From an uncultured virus (IMG/VR IMGVR_UViG_3300025168_000066) (Duplodnaviria; Heunggongvirae; Uroviricota; Caudoviricetes), in IMG/VR virus record IMGVR_UViG_3300025168_000066: 64,000 nucleotides of DNA; one strand, written 5' to 3'. The position numbers and the translations under genes are program-made. Below are positions 1 through 8,823 of this stretch, in pieces. The first letter of the stretch is position 1; every line of letters begins with the position of its first letter. The notes under the pieces are model-generated. The model was not told the origin of the DNA and did not search any database. It was given only the letters and a program-made list of their open reading frames with translations.

Positions 1-1
1 T

Positions 2-193
2 ATTAAAGACTTTGATGTGCCTGTTAAAATAGTAATGACTGTACATGATCAAATTGACACTATATGTAAAAATGAATATATAGAATGGTGGTCAACGAAA
101 ATGAAAGAGTTAATGGAACAAGCTGCATTAGAAATAGTAACAAATGGCTTACTAAAAGCAGAAGTAACAGTGAGTAATTGCTGGGAAAAATAA
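2..193 (+). CDS. polA: DNA polymerase family A, C-terminal fragment (gene starts before window)
   Basis: Manual translation IKDFDVPVKIVMTVHDQIDTICK...MEQAALEIV...LKAEVTVSNCWEK*. This matches PolA motif C (VHDE, here VHDQ) and the typical final Trp; stop TAA at 191-193. Confidence 0.8.
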   Translation: MKDFDVPVKIVMTVHDQIDTICKNEYIEWWSTKMKELMEQAALEIVTNGLLKAEVTVSNCWEK

Positions 194-272
194 GTATGAG
201 TGAGGTCCTAATCTAAAGGGGTGCCTAAGAGACATCCAGTTTAATATTAAATGTTTACCTCACTCATATTTA
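191..272 (+). ncRNA. Putative structured intergenic RNA/hairpin element 1
   Basis: 16-bp inverted repeat TAAGTATGAGTGAGGT (191-206) / ACCTCACTCATATTTA (257-272, one G-U) enclosing an inner hairpin GGGTG..TAAGAG..CATCC. Confidence 0.45.
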
Positions 273-281
273 CACATGTAA

Positions 282-370
282 TTACAAAGGGACAGGCATA
301 AAAGATTATAACTACACAAAGTAGGGACTAATCTACAACCAGGTTAATACTCTTGTCTGTCCCTGCGTAA
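282..370 (+). ncRNA. Putative structured intergenic RNA/hairpin element 2
   Basis: Stem AGGGACAGGCA (288-298) / TGTCTGTCCCT (354-364), extended by TTAC/GTAA; inner pairings AGATTA/TAATCT and CTAC/GTAG. Confidence 0.4.
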
Positions 371-386
371 ACTAAAATAATAAATT

Positions 387-491
387 ATGAATAAAATAGA
401 GAATATAAAGATGTATATAGAAATGTTTGAGGACGGTAGTATATCCTCTTATGAATTAGTGTCTAAATTAAAAGAAATAATATATGAATAA
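387..491 (+). CDS. Small hypothetical protein (34 aa; not in ORF track)
   Basis: MNKIENIKMYIEMFEDGSISSYELVSKLKEIIYE*, preceded by an A-rich leader AACTAAAATAATAAATT; overlaps the next start. Confidence 0.5.
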   Translation: MNKIENIKMYIEMFEDGSISSYELVSKLKEIIYE

Positions 492-879
492 AGATACAGA
501 AGCTTTTATAGCAGATTATAAACAAAAGAAATATTTAGAAGATTTATATAATCAAAATACAATACCCTTTGATTCTTATTTTAAATACAGTGGTAAAATA
601 GAACATAACAATAGGTATCAACAAAAATTTGAAAGAGAAATAGAAAAAGAACCTTTATTTAATGGGATTGGATTTAATCCTTTATATTTTAATGATATGT
701 CTAAATATAAATTAAATCATAAGTCTAATACTGGTTACACTAAATATTTACAAACTAATAAGTATAAAAACATAAAACCAAATGAAAAAAATAAGACAGA
801 CTCAAGTAGAGTCTCTAAAGAAAATCTCAAATACCTTGGGATCAAAACGAAAGACAGTGTATCAAGTACTAATAAGTAA
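484..879 (+). CDS. Hypothetical protein
   Basis: ORF track; coupled to the upstream small ORF; the last 98 nt overlap the HTH gene in another frame. Confidence 0.5.
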   Translation: MNKDTEAFIADYKQKKYLEDLYNQNTIPFDSYFKYSGKIEHNNRYQQKFEREIEKEPLFNGIGFNPLYFNDMSKYKLNHKSNTGYTKYLQTNKYKNIKPNEKNKTDSSRVSKENLKYLGIKTKDSVSSTNK

Positions 880-1042
880 AGGTATGTGTACTAATCGTAT
901 GATTGCTAAGCATTTAGGATGGGACATTAATCGTGTAACTGGTAGAATAACTGAACTAGTAAATCTAGGGATGGTTACTACAAATGGTACATATAAAGAT
1001 CAAGAAACTAATAGAACAGTTACGTTATGGAAAGCACTATGA
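782..1042 (+). CDS. Winged helix-turn-helix DNA-binding protein
   Basis: TNRMIAKHLGWDINRVTGRITELVNLGMV is an HTH followed by a wing. Confidence 0.75.
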   Translation: MKKIRQTQVESLKKISNTLGSKRKTVYQVLISKGMCTNRMIAKHLGWDINRVTGRITELVNLGMVTTNGTYKDQETNRTVTLWKAL

Positions 1043-2187
1043 GTAAAATAAATGCAGTAAGAGATAAAGAACAAAAAGCTGCTTTAAATGCATGGGCAAA
1101 ACAAAACTTTATTGGTTCTATAATTGCAGGTACAGGTTTTGGTAAATCCAGATGTGGTGTGTTAGCAATAAAACATGCACTTAAAGATGGGGGTAACGCT
1201 TTATTGCTTGTTCCTACTGTACAACTACAAGATCAATTTGTAGAAGAATTTGAGAAATGGGATGTGTCTATGGAAAATGTAGAAGTTATTTGCTATCAAA
1301 GTGCATATAAATTAGAAAGCCAAAGCTATACTATAGTAGTATGTGACGAGATACATTTAGGTTTGTCTCCAGAATACCGTAAATTCTTTGAAAATAACAG
1401 TGCTAAACAGCTACTATGTATGACTGCAACTTTACCCGAAGAACTTGAATATAAAGAATTATTAAGTAAGATGGCACCAACAGCTTATAAAATTACACTA
1501 GATAGATGTGTAAAATTAGGATTTGTAAGCCCTTACAAAATTACTTGTATACCGGTTAAGCTCACTAAGCAAGAAAGAGAAGACTATAAAAAAGTAAATA
1601 ACTCTTTTGTTTATAATAAATATCAATTGGGACAGTTTGATGCTTTTAACGAAGCAAGTAGAATATTAAAAAGTAAAACTGCAAGTGGACCTGAAAAGAG
1701 AGCTGCAGTATTATTTTGGAAAGCTATCAGAGATCGTAAAGGTATTATAGACTATGCAGAAAACAAGATAAAAAAGTTTAAGAGTATTTATTATAAGAAT
1801 GTAGATAAGAAAATACTTGTATTTGGTGGTGCTAATGACTTTACAGATCAATTGTGTGATTCTATAGCTCCTTATGCAATGGCTTATCACTCTAAAAAAA
1901 CTAAAAAACAAAGAAATATAGCTCTTGAATTATTTAAAACAGGAGATATAAATGTGCTTTGCTCTACAAAAGCTCTTAACCAAGGTTTTGATGTTCCTAA
2001 TGCAAATATGGGTATAATTTGTGGTATTACAAGCAAAGGATTATCTATGATACAGCGTGTAGGACGTCTTGTGCGGTTTCAAGAAAATAAAATAGGACAA
2101 ATTATAATCTTGTATGTTGCTGATTCTCAGGAAGAAAAGTGGCTTAAAAGTGCTACAAAAACATTAAAGAATGTTGTGTGGAAATAA
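1039..2187 (+). CDS. Superfamily 2 DExH helicase (UvsW/ResIII-like)
   Basis: Motif I AGTGFGKS, Ia LVPT, II DEIH, III TAT, V GFDVP, VI QRVGRLVR. Start placed at the ATGA overlap (track start 1027). Confidence 0.9.
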   Translation: MSKINAVRDKEQKAALNAWAKQNFIGSIIAGTGFGKSRCGVLAIKHALKDGGNALLLVPTVQLQDQFVEEFEKWDVSMENVEVICYQSAYKLESQSYTIVVCDEIHLGLSPEYRKFFENNSAKQLLCMTATLPEELEYKELLSKMAPTAYKITLDRCVKLGFVSPYKITCIPVKLTKQEREDYKKVNNSFVYNKYQLGQFDAFNEASRILKSKTASGPEKRAAVLFWKAIRDRKGIIDYAENKIKKFKSIYYKNVDKKILVFGGANDFTDQLCDSIAPYAMAYHSKKTKKQRNIALELFKTGDINVLCSTKALNQGFDVPNANMGIICGITSKGLSMIQRVGRLVRFQENKIGQIIILYVADSQEEKWLKSATKTLKNVVWK

Positions 2188-2199
2188 GTATTTAAAATA

Positions 2200-2231
2200 T
2201 TTGTACATAATAACAGAATTTATTATATTTG
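2200..2231 (+). promoter_or_regulatory. Bacteroidota primary-sigma promoter (-33 TTTG / -7 TAnnTTTG)
   Basis: TTTG at 2200-2203, 20-nt spacer, TATATTTG at 2224-2231, in the intergenic gap before the initiator/DnaB genes. Confidence 0.7.
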
Positions 2232-2283
2232 CTTTAGATTTACAAATAAGTATAACAGAACTTTTTATAACCTTTACTGCCAT

Positions 2284-2835
2284 ATGAATGTTGATATAGA
2301 TTTTGAAGTGTTAGAACAGACAGGAATGTCTGCAGACGATTTTCTATATCTTTATATAATACATAAGGAAAGTTATACATATTTAAACAATCTTAATCTT
2401 AAACCAAATTTAGAAAAGTTACAAGAAGATGGATATATTAAGCTAGGCGAAGCACCTGATCAACATTTTATAAGACAAGAATTCATAGACTTGTTTTCAT
2501 CAAATTTTGATCAGATGTTTGCTGAGCTTGTAGGTACATATCCTATGAAAGTAATGTCTAAAGATAGAGGTGTGCGTGTATTACACTCTAAGGATCCAGA
2601 TAGTAAAAGTAATGAAAAAGCTAAAAGCCGGTATCAAAAGATTGTAGGAACTAAATTGTATAAACATCTGCATATAATGAAATGTTTAGATAAAGAGCTT
2701 ACAATTAACAGATTTAACTTGGCTTATATGCAAAACTTAGAAACATGGATTAATAACCATACTTGGGAAAAGTATGAAAACTTAGACGAAAATGACACAG
2801 AAAAAGACACCAATAGAATCACTAGATCCCTTTAA
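2284..2835 (+). CDS. Putative replication initiator / helicase loader
   Basis: N-terminal wHTH-like region; C-terminal YP...A...Y...LETWINNHTW pattern like phage replisome organisers; directly upstream of DnaB. Confidence 0.5.
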   Translation: MNVDIDFEVLEQTGMSADDFLYLYIIHKESYTYLNNLNLKPNLEKLQEDGYIKLGEAPDQHFIRQEFIDLFSSNFDQMFAELVGTYPMKVMSKDRGVRVLHSKDPDSKSNEKAKSRYQKIVGTKLYKHLHIMKCLDKELTINRFNLAYMQNLETWINNHTWEKYENLDENDTEKDTNRITRSL

Positions 2836-3736
2836 AGACAGAGGGTTTAAAAGTATTAGAAAAGCAATCAGCGCATCTCTACATCAAGTAGCAGATGGAA
2901 TGAATGGTAAGCGTAAAGTTTATCCTACCAAATGGAACAGACTAAATAAAAATTTATTAGGTGGTTTACAACCTGGTAAAATGTATGTAATTGCAGGTCG
3001 TCCAGGCGTAGGTAAATCAGCATTTAGTAATCAACTTATTTTTGATTTACTAGATAAAAATTTTGGTAAAAACTTATTAGTTTTATATTGGTCTTTCGAA
3101 ATGCCCGGGTATCAACAGATACTGCGTGCAGGTTCAAAAGGTGTAAATAAACAAGTAGGAGAATTATTATCAGTAGATAAAAGACTAGAAAATGATGCTT
3201 ATCAAGATTTTAAGAAAGAAGTTTTAAAATACGGGAACTATCCTGTATATTTTAACAACGTTCCAAGAGATATAGAATTTATTAAAGAAGCTAATGTAGA
3301 AGTAGCTAACAAACGTCCAGACTCAATAGTAGTAAATGTATTTGACCATTCTCGCTTGATATTAAGCAATAGAGATATGGAATTACAAAAACTAAATGAT
3401 GTCAGTAAAGGATGTATGTGGATGCAATCTCAATTAGGTTGTATTAATATACTATTGTCTCAACTTAACCGGAACATCGAGTCAGAGCATAGAGCTAAAG
3501 CTCAGTATCAACCACTACTAACAGATTTGTTTGGTGGCGATAGTATAGGTCAAGATGCACATGTAGTTATGATGCTTCAACGTCCTCATGATTTGTATGG
3601 TATTACAGCTAAATACTGTGATGAAGATCCAATAGGATTACTAGCTGTACATATAGAAAAAAATCGTGATGGTTTACTAGGTATGATACCTTACGAAGCA
3701 GAAATGTCAACATTTACAATTAAAGAAAGATTATGA
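2792..3736 (+). CDS. dnaB: DnaB-like replicative helicase
   Basis: Walker A GRPGVGKS, SFEM, LSQLNR, DL..GDSIGQDAHVV, KNRDG. Confidence 0.92.
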   Translation: MTQKKTPIESLDPFKDRGFKSIRKAISASLHQVADGMNGKRKVYPTKWNRLNKNLLGGLQPGKMYVIAGRPGVGKSAFSNQLIFDLLDKNFGKNLLVLYWSFEMPGYQQILRAGSKGVNKQVGELLSVDKRLENDAYQDFKKEVLKYGNYPVYFNNVPRDIEFIKEANVEVANKRPDSIVVNVFDHSRLILSNRDMELQKLNDVSKGCMWMQSQLGCINILLSQLNRNIESEHRAKAQYQPLLTDLFGGDSIGQDAHVVMMLQRPHDLYGITAKYCDEDPIGLLAVHIEKNRDGLLGMIPYEAEMSTFTIKERL

Positions 3737-3903
3737 TGTGGAGTAAATATTTATATAACTTATTTGAAAAAGAAAATACAGATAAAAAATTATTAAAAAA
3801 CATAGAAATTTATGAGCAAAAGAAACGGGAAAAACAAAGCCAGGGTAGCGATCTTAAACGAGATAAACTACACAGACAAAAGAATGAAAAGATTCAAAAA
3901 TAA
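3733..3903 (+). CDS. Small hypothetical protein (56 aa; not in ORF track)
   Basis: MMWSKYLYNLFEKENTDKKLLKNIEIYEQKK...; ATGA overlap with the dnaB stop. Confidence 0.4.
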   Translation: MMWSKYLYNLFEKENTDKKLLKNIEIYEQKKREKQSQGSDLKRDKLHRQKNEKIQK

Positions 3904-3970
3904 TGAAGAGGAACTTTCAAAATTACAATCTAAAAGAGACACTTTAAGGAGCAAATTAAAAACTAAATAA
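3812..3970 (+). CDS. Small basic coiled-coil protein (52 aa; not in ORF track)
   Basis: MSKRNGKNKARVAILNEINYTDKRMKRFKNNEEELSKLQSKRDTLRSKLKTK*; A-rich leader; fills the gap to the next gene. Confidence 0.5.
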   Translation: MSKRNGKNKARVAILNEINYTDKRMKRFKNNEEELSKLQSKRDTLRSKLKTK

Positions 3971-3974
3971 TATT

Positions 3975-4742
3975 ATGGGACCACAAAGTAAATATAACGT
4001 AGAAAAAATGCTTGAGAAGGCACACACACAAAAAGAAAATATTATGGAATTACCAAAAAAGAAGGTAAAGGCTAGCCGTAAATCGCCTAAGAATATGATA
4101 ATATATGGTGCACCTAAGATAGGTAAAACTACTGTATTATCACAACTAGATAATTGTTTAATCCTTGACCTAGAAGATGGTTCAGATATGATTGATGCTT
4201 TAAAAGTAAAAGCAAACAACTTAAAAGAACTACAAGCTATTGGAGCAGCAATTATGAAAGAAGGGAGACCTTATAAATATATAGCTGTAGATACTATATC
4301 TAAGCTAGAAGAATGGTGTGAAAGTTATGCTAAACAAATTTATATGAGAACTCCTATGGGTAAAAACTTTGAGAAAAATAATCCTGGAGCATCAGTTCTA
4401 TCACTGCCAAATGGCGCCGGCTACTTATACTTAAGAATGGCCTACAAAGAATGGATAGACAAACTGAATAAACTTGCGGATCACGTAATCCTAGTTGGAC
4501 ACCTAAAAGATAAGATGCTTGAAAAGAAAGGTAAAGAGGTTGCTGTAAAGGATCTTGATCTAACCGGTAAAATTAAGCAAATTACCTGCACTAACTCAGA
4601 TGCTATTGGTTACATTTATAGAGAAGGAACAGATACTATGATTTCTTTTGATTCTTTAGATGATATAGCTGCTGGTACTAGATGTGCGCACTTAAAGGGC
4701 AAGACCATGCCTTTAGAATGGTCAAAAATATTTATAGATTAA
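3975..4742 (+). CDS. AAA_24 / Sak4-like ATPase (single-strand annealing recombinase)
   Basis: IYGAPKIGKTT, LDLEDG, IAVDTIS, ILVGH; the true start may be the internal MELPKKK. Confidence 0.8.
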   Translation: MGPQSKYNVEKMLEKAHTQKENIMELPKKKVKASRKSPKNMIIYGAPKIGKTTVLSQLDNCLILDLEDGSDMIDALKVKANNLKELQAIGAAIMKEGRPYKYIAVDTISKLEEWCESYAKQIYMRTPMGKNFEKNNPGASVLSLPNGAGYLYLRMAYKEWIDKLNKLADHVILVGHLKDKMLEKKGKEVAVKDLDLTGKIKQITCTNSDAIGYIYREGTDTMISFDSLDDIAAGTRCAHLKGKTMPLEWSKIFID

Positions 4743-4762
4743 CTAATTAAACCAATTAAAAC

Positions 4763-5113
4763 ATGATTGATGCAAATGAACCAACTAATGCTACGGTTGT
4801 AAAACAAGAAACACCAGCACAAATTACTACTACTATGATTATAAACGATCTAGAGAATGGTATAGACAGATCTGCAATTCAGGCTAAATATAATTTAGAA
4901 GCTTGGGAAGTTAAGCAAATGTTTATGCACCCATCTCTAAAAGGTAAAAAAGCTAAGAAAATTAGAAAATTATCTTTTACGTTTGTAGACGACACAGTAG
5001 AACAAGTAAATCCTAATCAAACTAGTATTCCTGTAGAGACGCAAGAAAGTTTTGACAATGCAACAAGAATAGAAGAAGGATTAGATCACAAAGGAGAATT
5101 AACACAATTTTAA
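4763..5113 (+). CDS. Hypothetical protein
   Basis: ORF with AACCAATTAAAAC leader; located between Sak4 and SSB-like genes. Confidence 0.7.
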   Translation: MIDANEPTNATVVKQETPAQITTTMIINDLENGIDRSAIQAKYNLEAWEVKQMFMHPSLKGKKAKKIRKLSFTFVDDTVEQVNPNQTSIPVETQESFDNATRIEEGLDHKGELTQF

Positions 5114-5137
5114 TAACCAATAAATAAATAATTAATT

Positions 5138-5917
5138 ATGGCAATACAAAGTAATGCAAGTACAGAAGAAGTATCTGGGGGAGGAAGAGAATTCTACTCC
5201 GGTTTAACAAATGTAAATGTTGTAGCGGTTAACCCTACAATGGCAGAATTACATGCAATGGATATAAATGTAAAAACAGAACCTGCATATTCAGGAACTA
5301 GTAATGATCAAGCTTGGAATAAAGTAACGTTATGGCTATCAAATGAAGATGGTAAGTTTAAATTAGATTTATTTCTAAAAAATACTCATAAAGAATCTCA
5401 AACCGGTAAATTTCTATGGCTAAATAATGTAGGTCAATCTACATGGTCAACTGATGCACCAACTTATGACTGGTGGAAAGCAGAAGGTCAAAGAAAAGCT
5501 TATGATGGCGAGAGAGAATTGATTGAGTTTACTAAAGCTTGGGCTAATGTTGCTGCAGGAGGATCTGTATACTACGATACAATGGCAGATATTGCACAAG
5601 GTAATGTAACAGAAATTAAAAATCTTGCTGAAGCTCTTAAAAATAATCAACTTAGAGTACTAGTAGGTGTTAAAGATGATAAATATCAAGGCATCTATAC
5701 TGGATATTTTGGGAGAGTTAAACCTCAAAGAGATGACTTGTTTGTTAAAGCTCTTAATGATGAATATTCTCAGTTTAAAAATCACGACTTTAATGCAGAC
5801 CTTAAATGGGGTAAGCATGTATCAACAGCTAGTCTAGTTACACCAGACACTATTGAAGAGAGTGAAGATTGGACAGTGCCTGCAGATCCACAATATCCAG
5901 CAGACGCTCCATTCTAA
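5138..5917 (+). CDS. Probable single-stranded DNA-binding protein
   Basis: Acidic C-terminal tail ending ...PADAPF; position between the Sak4-like and primase genes. Confidence 0.6.
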   Translation: MAIQSNASTEEVSGGGREFYSGLTNVNVVAVNPTMAELHAMDINVKTEPAYSGTSNDQAWNKVTLWLSNEDGKFKLDLFLKNTHKESQTGKFLWLNNVGQSTWSTDAPTYDWWKAEGQRKAYDGERELIEFTKAWANVAAGGSVYYDTMADIAQGNVTEIKNLAEALKNNQLRVLVGVKDDKYQGIYTGYFGRVKPQRDDLFVKALNDEYSQFKNHDFNADLKWGKHVSTASLVTPDTIEESEDWTVPADPQYPADAPF

Positions 5918-6927
5918 TGGCTATTGATCGTAGAGACAGCAACGATCACCTACATACCGATGTCATACTTAGTAAAATTACTGAGTATGACATTTTTAGG
6001 TATTACTGCCCTAATTTTAAAATACTTGGTAAGAAATTTAAGAGTGATCTTCGACAAGATAATTCACCTACAGTTTCTATTATACCTTACAATAGTAAAT
6101 TACTATATAAAGATTTTGGTTCTAGCGAACATACTTTTGATTGCTTTAACTATGTAAAATTTAAATATAACTGTGATTTTTATTCTGCTCTAAACATTAT
6201 CGACACTGATTTTAATCTTAACCTTAGTTCTAAAAAAGATAGTATAAAGTTTACTATGGGTCTTATGGCATATAGGCAAAACAAAGTACCTTCTTATATT
6301 AAGTCTGAAGTTATTATTAGAAAAAAACGTCGGCAATGGATTAGAGATGATGCAAAGTTTTGGTCTCAATATTTGGTTAGTAAAAAAATATTAACTATGT
6401 TTGGGGTCGAACCTATAAGTCATTTTTGGGTAAATAGTACTAGATTTACTTGTAAATCAATTACTTATGCTTTTAGATTTAAGAATCGATATAAAATTTA
6501 TTCTCCTTATGAAGAAACAAATAAGTGGTTAAGCAATACAAAAAAAACAGATGTCCAAGGCTATAACCAACTCCCGTATAAAGGTGAGAGACTTATCATT
6601 ACATCATCTCTTAAAGATGTTATGTGTTTGCATGCAGCAGGTTATCATGCAATTGCACTACAGAGCGAGATGCAAATACCTTCAGAAAAACTAGTAAAAG
6701 ATTTAAAAGATAGATTTACTACAATAGACATTTTATACGACAATGATTTCGACAAAGTAACAAATCCAGGCCAGACAATGGCTAAGAAAATTTGTGATTT
6801 ATATGGTTTTAATAATATCTGTATACCAGACAGCTATAAATCTAAAGATCCATCAGATTTAGTGAAACATGTATGCAGTTTTAACGAACTTAAAAATATA
6901 TTAAATGCAAAGAGAAGAGATTATTGA
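5917..6927 (+). CDS. dnaG: DnaG-type (TOPRIM) DNA primase
   Basis: N-terminal S.LR.D..P...YKDFG domain, LIITSSLKDV, ILYDND, SKDPSD. Start at the TAATG overlap with the SSB stop (track start 5869). Confidence 0.8.
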   Translation: MAIDRRDSNDHLHTDVILSKITEYDIFRYYCPNFKILGKKFKSDLRQDNSPTVSIIPYNSKLLYKDFGSSEHTFDCFNYVKFKYNCDFYSALNIIDTDFNLNLSSKKDSIKFTMGLMAYRQNKVPSYIKSEVIIRKKRRQWIRDDAKFWSQYLVSKKILTMFGVEPISHFWVNSTRFTCKSITYAFRFKNRYKIYSPYEETNKWLSNTKKTDVQGYNQLPYKGERLIITSSLKDVMCLHAAGYHAIALQSEMQIPSEKLVKDLKDRFTTIDILYDNDFDKVTNPGQTMAKKICDLYGFNNICIPDSYKSKDPSDLVKHVCSFNELKNILNAKRRDY

Positions 6928-8074
6928 AAAACTCAGAAAACAGAAAGGATGGTTAAAAAAAGGAGCGCAGTGGTTAGCTGATAAATGGGAGACAGACATT
7001 GCTATTATTAGAGATTGTAAAAAACTTGTAGCTTCTGAAGAGTGGGTACAAGAACGTATGAACAATGATAATGGACATGAGCTTACTGAAAGTCAAGCTT
7101 TTACAAAACATTTATTAGATAATGGATTAACTATGGCAGACGTAAAGTCTGTAAAATTTTGGCAAAACTTTAATGGTGAGCAGAGATACAGTGTAGTAAC
7201 ACATAATCAATGGCATGAACAGCCACAGGTTAAAGATGATTTATTAGATTATATTAAATCTCAATCTCACGTAGTTAAAAAAATTAAATATACTAAGCCA
7301 AAAGACCCAGTATTATATGAAATATCTTTACCAGACATACATTTTGGTAAGATAACAGATGATGAGCCGGGAACTATAGAGAAACATTATATGCAAGCTA
7401 TAGTAGATCTGCATAGAAAAGCAGATGGTGTTGAAATAGAACGCTTCTTATTACCTGTAGGTAATGATGGTCTTAATTCAGAAGGATTTTCTAGAGCTAC
7501 AACTAAGGGCACGCCTCAGCAAGATCACATGATGTGGAGACAGTCTTTTAGAGGTTATTGGCATTTAGTTATGAAAGCTATAGATTATTTAGCACAGTTT
7601 GCTCCGGTAGATGTTATTGTTATACAAGGTAATCATGATTTTGAGCGCATGTTTTATGTGGGAGAAGTTTTAGATGCTATGTATCATAATAATAAAAATG
7701 TAACTATAGATAATGGTTTAAATACTCGTAAGTATTACGAATATGGGACTAATATGATTATGTTTACACACGGAGACAAAGAAAAACCTCAAGAATTACC
7801 ATTATTAATAGCTACAGAACAGCCGGAAATGTGGAGCAGGTGTACGGTTAGAGAAGTTCATTGTGGACATAAGCATAAAGAAATGCTTAATGAATACATG
7901 GGAACTAAAGTTAGATTTATACCATCTATATGTGGTAACGACGCTTGGCATAAAACTCAAGGGTATGTTGGTACATTAAGATGTGGACAAGCATTTATTT
8001 GGAATAAGAATAGAGGATTGGAAGGGTATCTTCAAACAAATATTATGAGTTATGGCTTGGAAACGAAGAAATAG
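6905..8074 (+). CDS. Calcineurin-like metallophosphoesterase (Mre11/SbcD-like fold)
   Basis: DIHFG, GND, GNHD, THGD and GHKH motifs in canonical order. Confidence 0.85.
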   Translation: MQREEIIEKLRKQKGWLKKGAQWLADKWETDIAIIRDCKKLVASEEWVQERMNNDNGHELTESQAFTKHLLDNGLTMADVKSVKFWQNFNGEQRYSVVTHNQWHEQPQVKDDLLDYIKSQSHVVKKIKYTKPKDPVLYEISLPDIHFGKITDDEPGTIEKHYMQAIVDLHRKADGVEIERFLLPVGNDGLNSEGFSRATTKGTPQQDHMMWRQSFRGYWHLVMKAIDYLAQFAPVDVIVIQGNHDFERMFYVGEVLDAMYHNNKNVTIDNGLNTRKYYEYGTNMIMFTHGDKEKPQELPLLIATEQPEMWSRCTVREVHCGHKHKEMLNEYMGTKVRFIPSICGNDAWHKTQGYVGTLRCGQAFIWNKNRGLEGYLQTNIMSYGLETKK

Positions 8075-8486
8075 ATCTAAAGTAAAGAACGCAAAGAAAA
8101 GTGAGTATGATGGCAAAAACTTTCAATCTAATTTAGAACTTTATTGTTATAAAGAACTTAAAAAGGCTGAAGTAGAAGTTGAATACGAAGAAACTACGTT
8201 CACAATCTTTGATGCATTAGTGTATCCTCAAGCATGTTATGAGGGAACAGCCAAAAAGCTTTACAATAAAGGAAGTAAGATTAGACCAATTACTTACACT
8301 CCTGACTTTGTAGATCCTAAAGGTAAATGGATTGTAGAAACAAAAGGCTATGCAAATGAGTCTTTTCCTTTAAGATGGAAATTATTTAAAAAACACCTTA
8401 AAGATAATGATCATCACTATGTTTTATTTATGCCTCGAAACAAGAAGCAGGTAGATGAAGTCGTAGAGCTAATCAAACAATTATAA
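8052..8486 (+). CDS. PD-(D/E)xK endonuclease, T7 endonuclease I / DUF1064-like
   Basis: FQSNLE, EYE, YTPDF, IVETKG. Confidence 0.8.
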   Translation: MAWKRRNRSKVKNAKKSEYDGKNFQSNLELYCYKELKKAEVEVEYEETTFTIFDALVYPQACYEGTAKKLYNKGSKIRPITYTPDFVDPKGKWIVETKGYANESFPLRWKLFKKHLKDNDHHYVLFMPRNKKQVDEVVELIKQL

Positions 8487-8487
8487 C

Positions 8488-8511
8488 AAGGGCCCTAACG
8501 GGCTCTTTTTT
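8488..8511 (+). terminator. Rho-independent terminator
   Basis: AAGGGCCC-TAAC-GGGCTCTT followed by a T run. Confidence 0.75.
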
Positions 8512-8532
8512 ATTAACTAAACATTTTAAATT

Positions 8533-8793
8533 ATGGGATACATGGTAAGTCCCTGCTGTGGGGAAAGTTACACAGATAATGATGACGGTACTAGCTATTG
8601 TTGTGATGCACCAATAGTAAATGGCATATGTCAAGATAGCAAATGCTTAGATCATGCAGAACCTTTAGAGGGATTTGTATGTGAGGCATGTGACGAATTC
8701 TTTGAAGAGTCTATTGAAGACTATGAGTACAAAAATCAAATGCTTGATGCTAAAGCAGAAGATAGGGCAGAAGCAGAGAGAGACGAAAGATAA
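8533..8793 (+). CDS. Small Cys-rich (zinc-binding) protein
   Basis: SPCC, SYCC, C..SKC..H and CEAC motifs; acidic tail. Confidence 0.65.
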   Translation: MGYMVSPCCGESYTDNDDGTSYCCDAPIVNGICQDSKCLDHAEPLEGFVCEACDEFFEESIEDYEYKNQMLDAKAEDRAEAERDER

Positions 8794-8823
8794 TAAAGTA
8801 TAAACCAATTAAACACAAATTTT

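Noticed and set aside
191..370. Mini-CRISPR array or tRNA genes
   Set aside because: No direct repeats with spacers, and no cloverleaf, T-loop GTTC or CCA; only inverted repeats. The same holds for 13634-13735.
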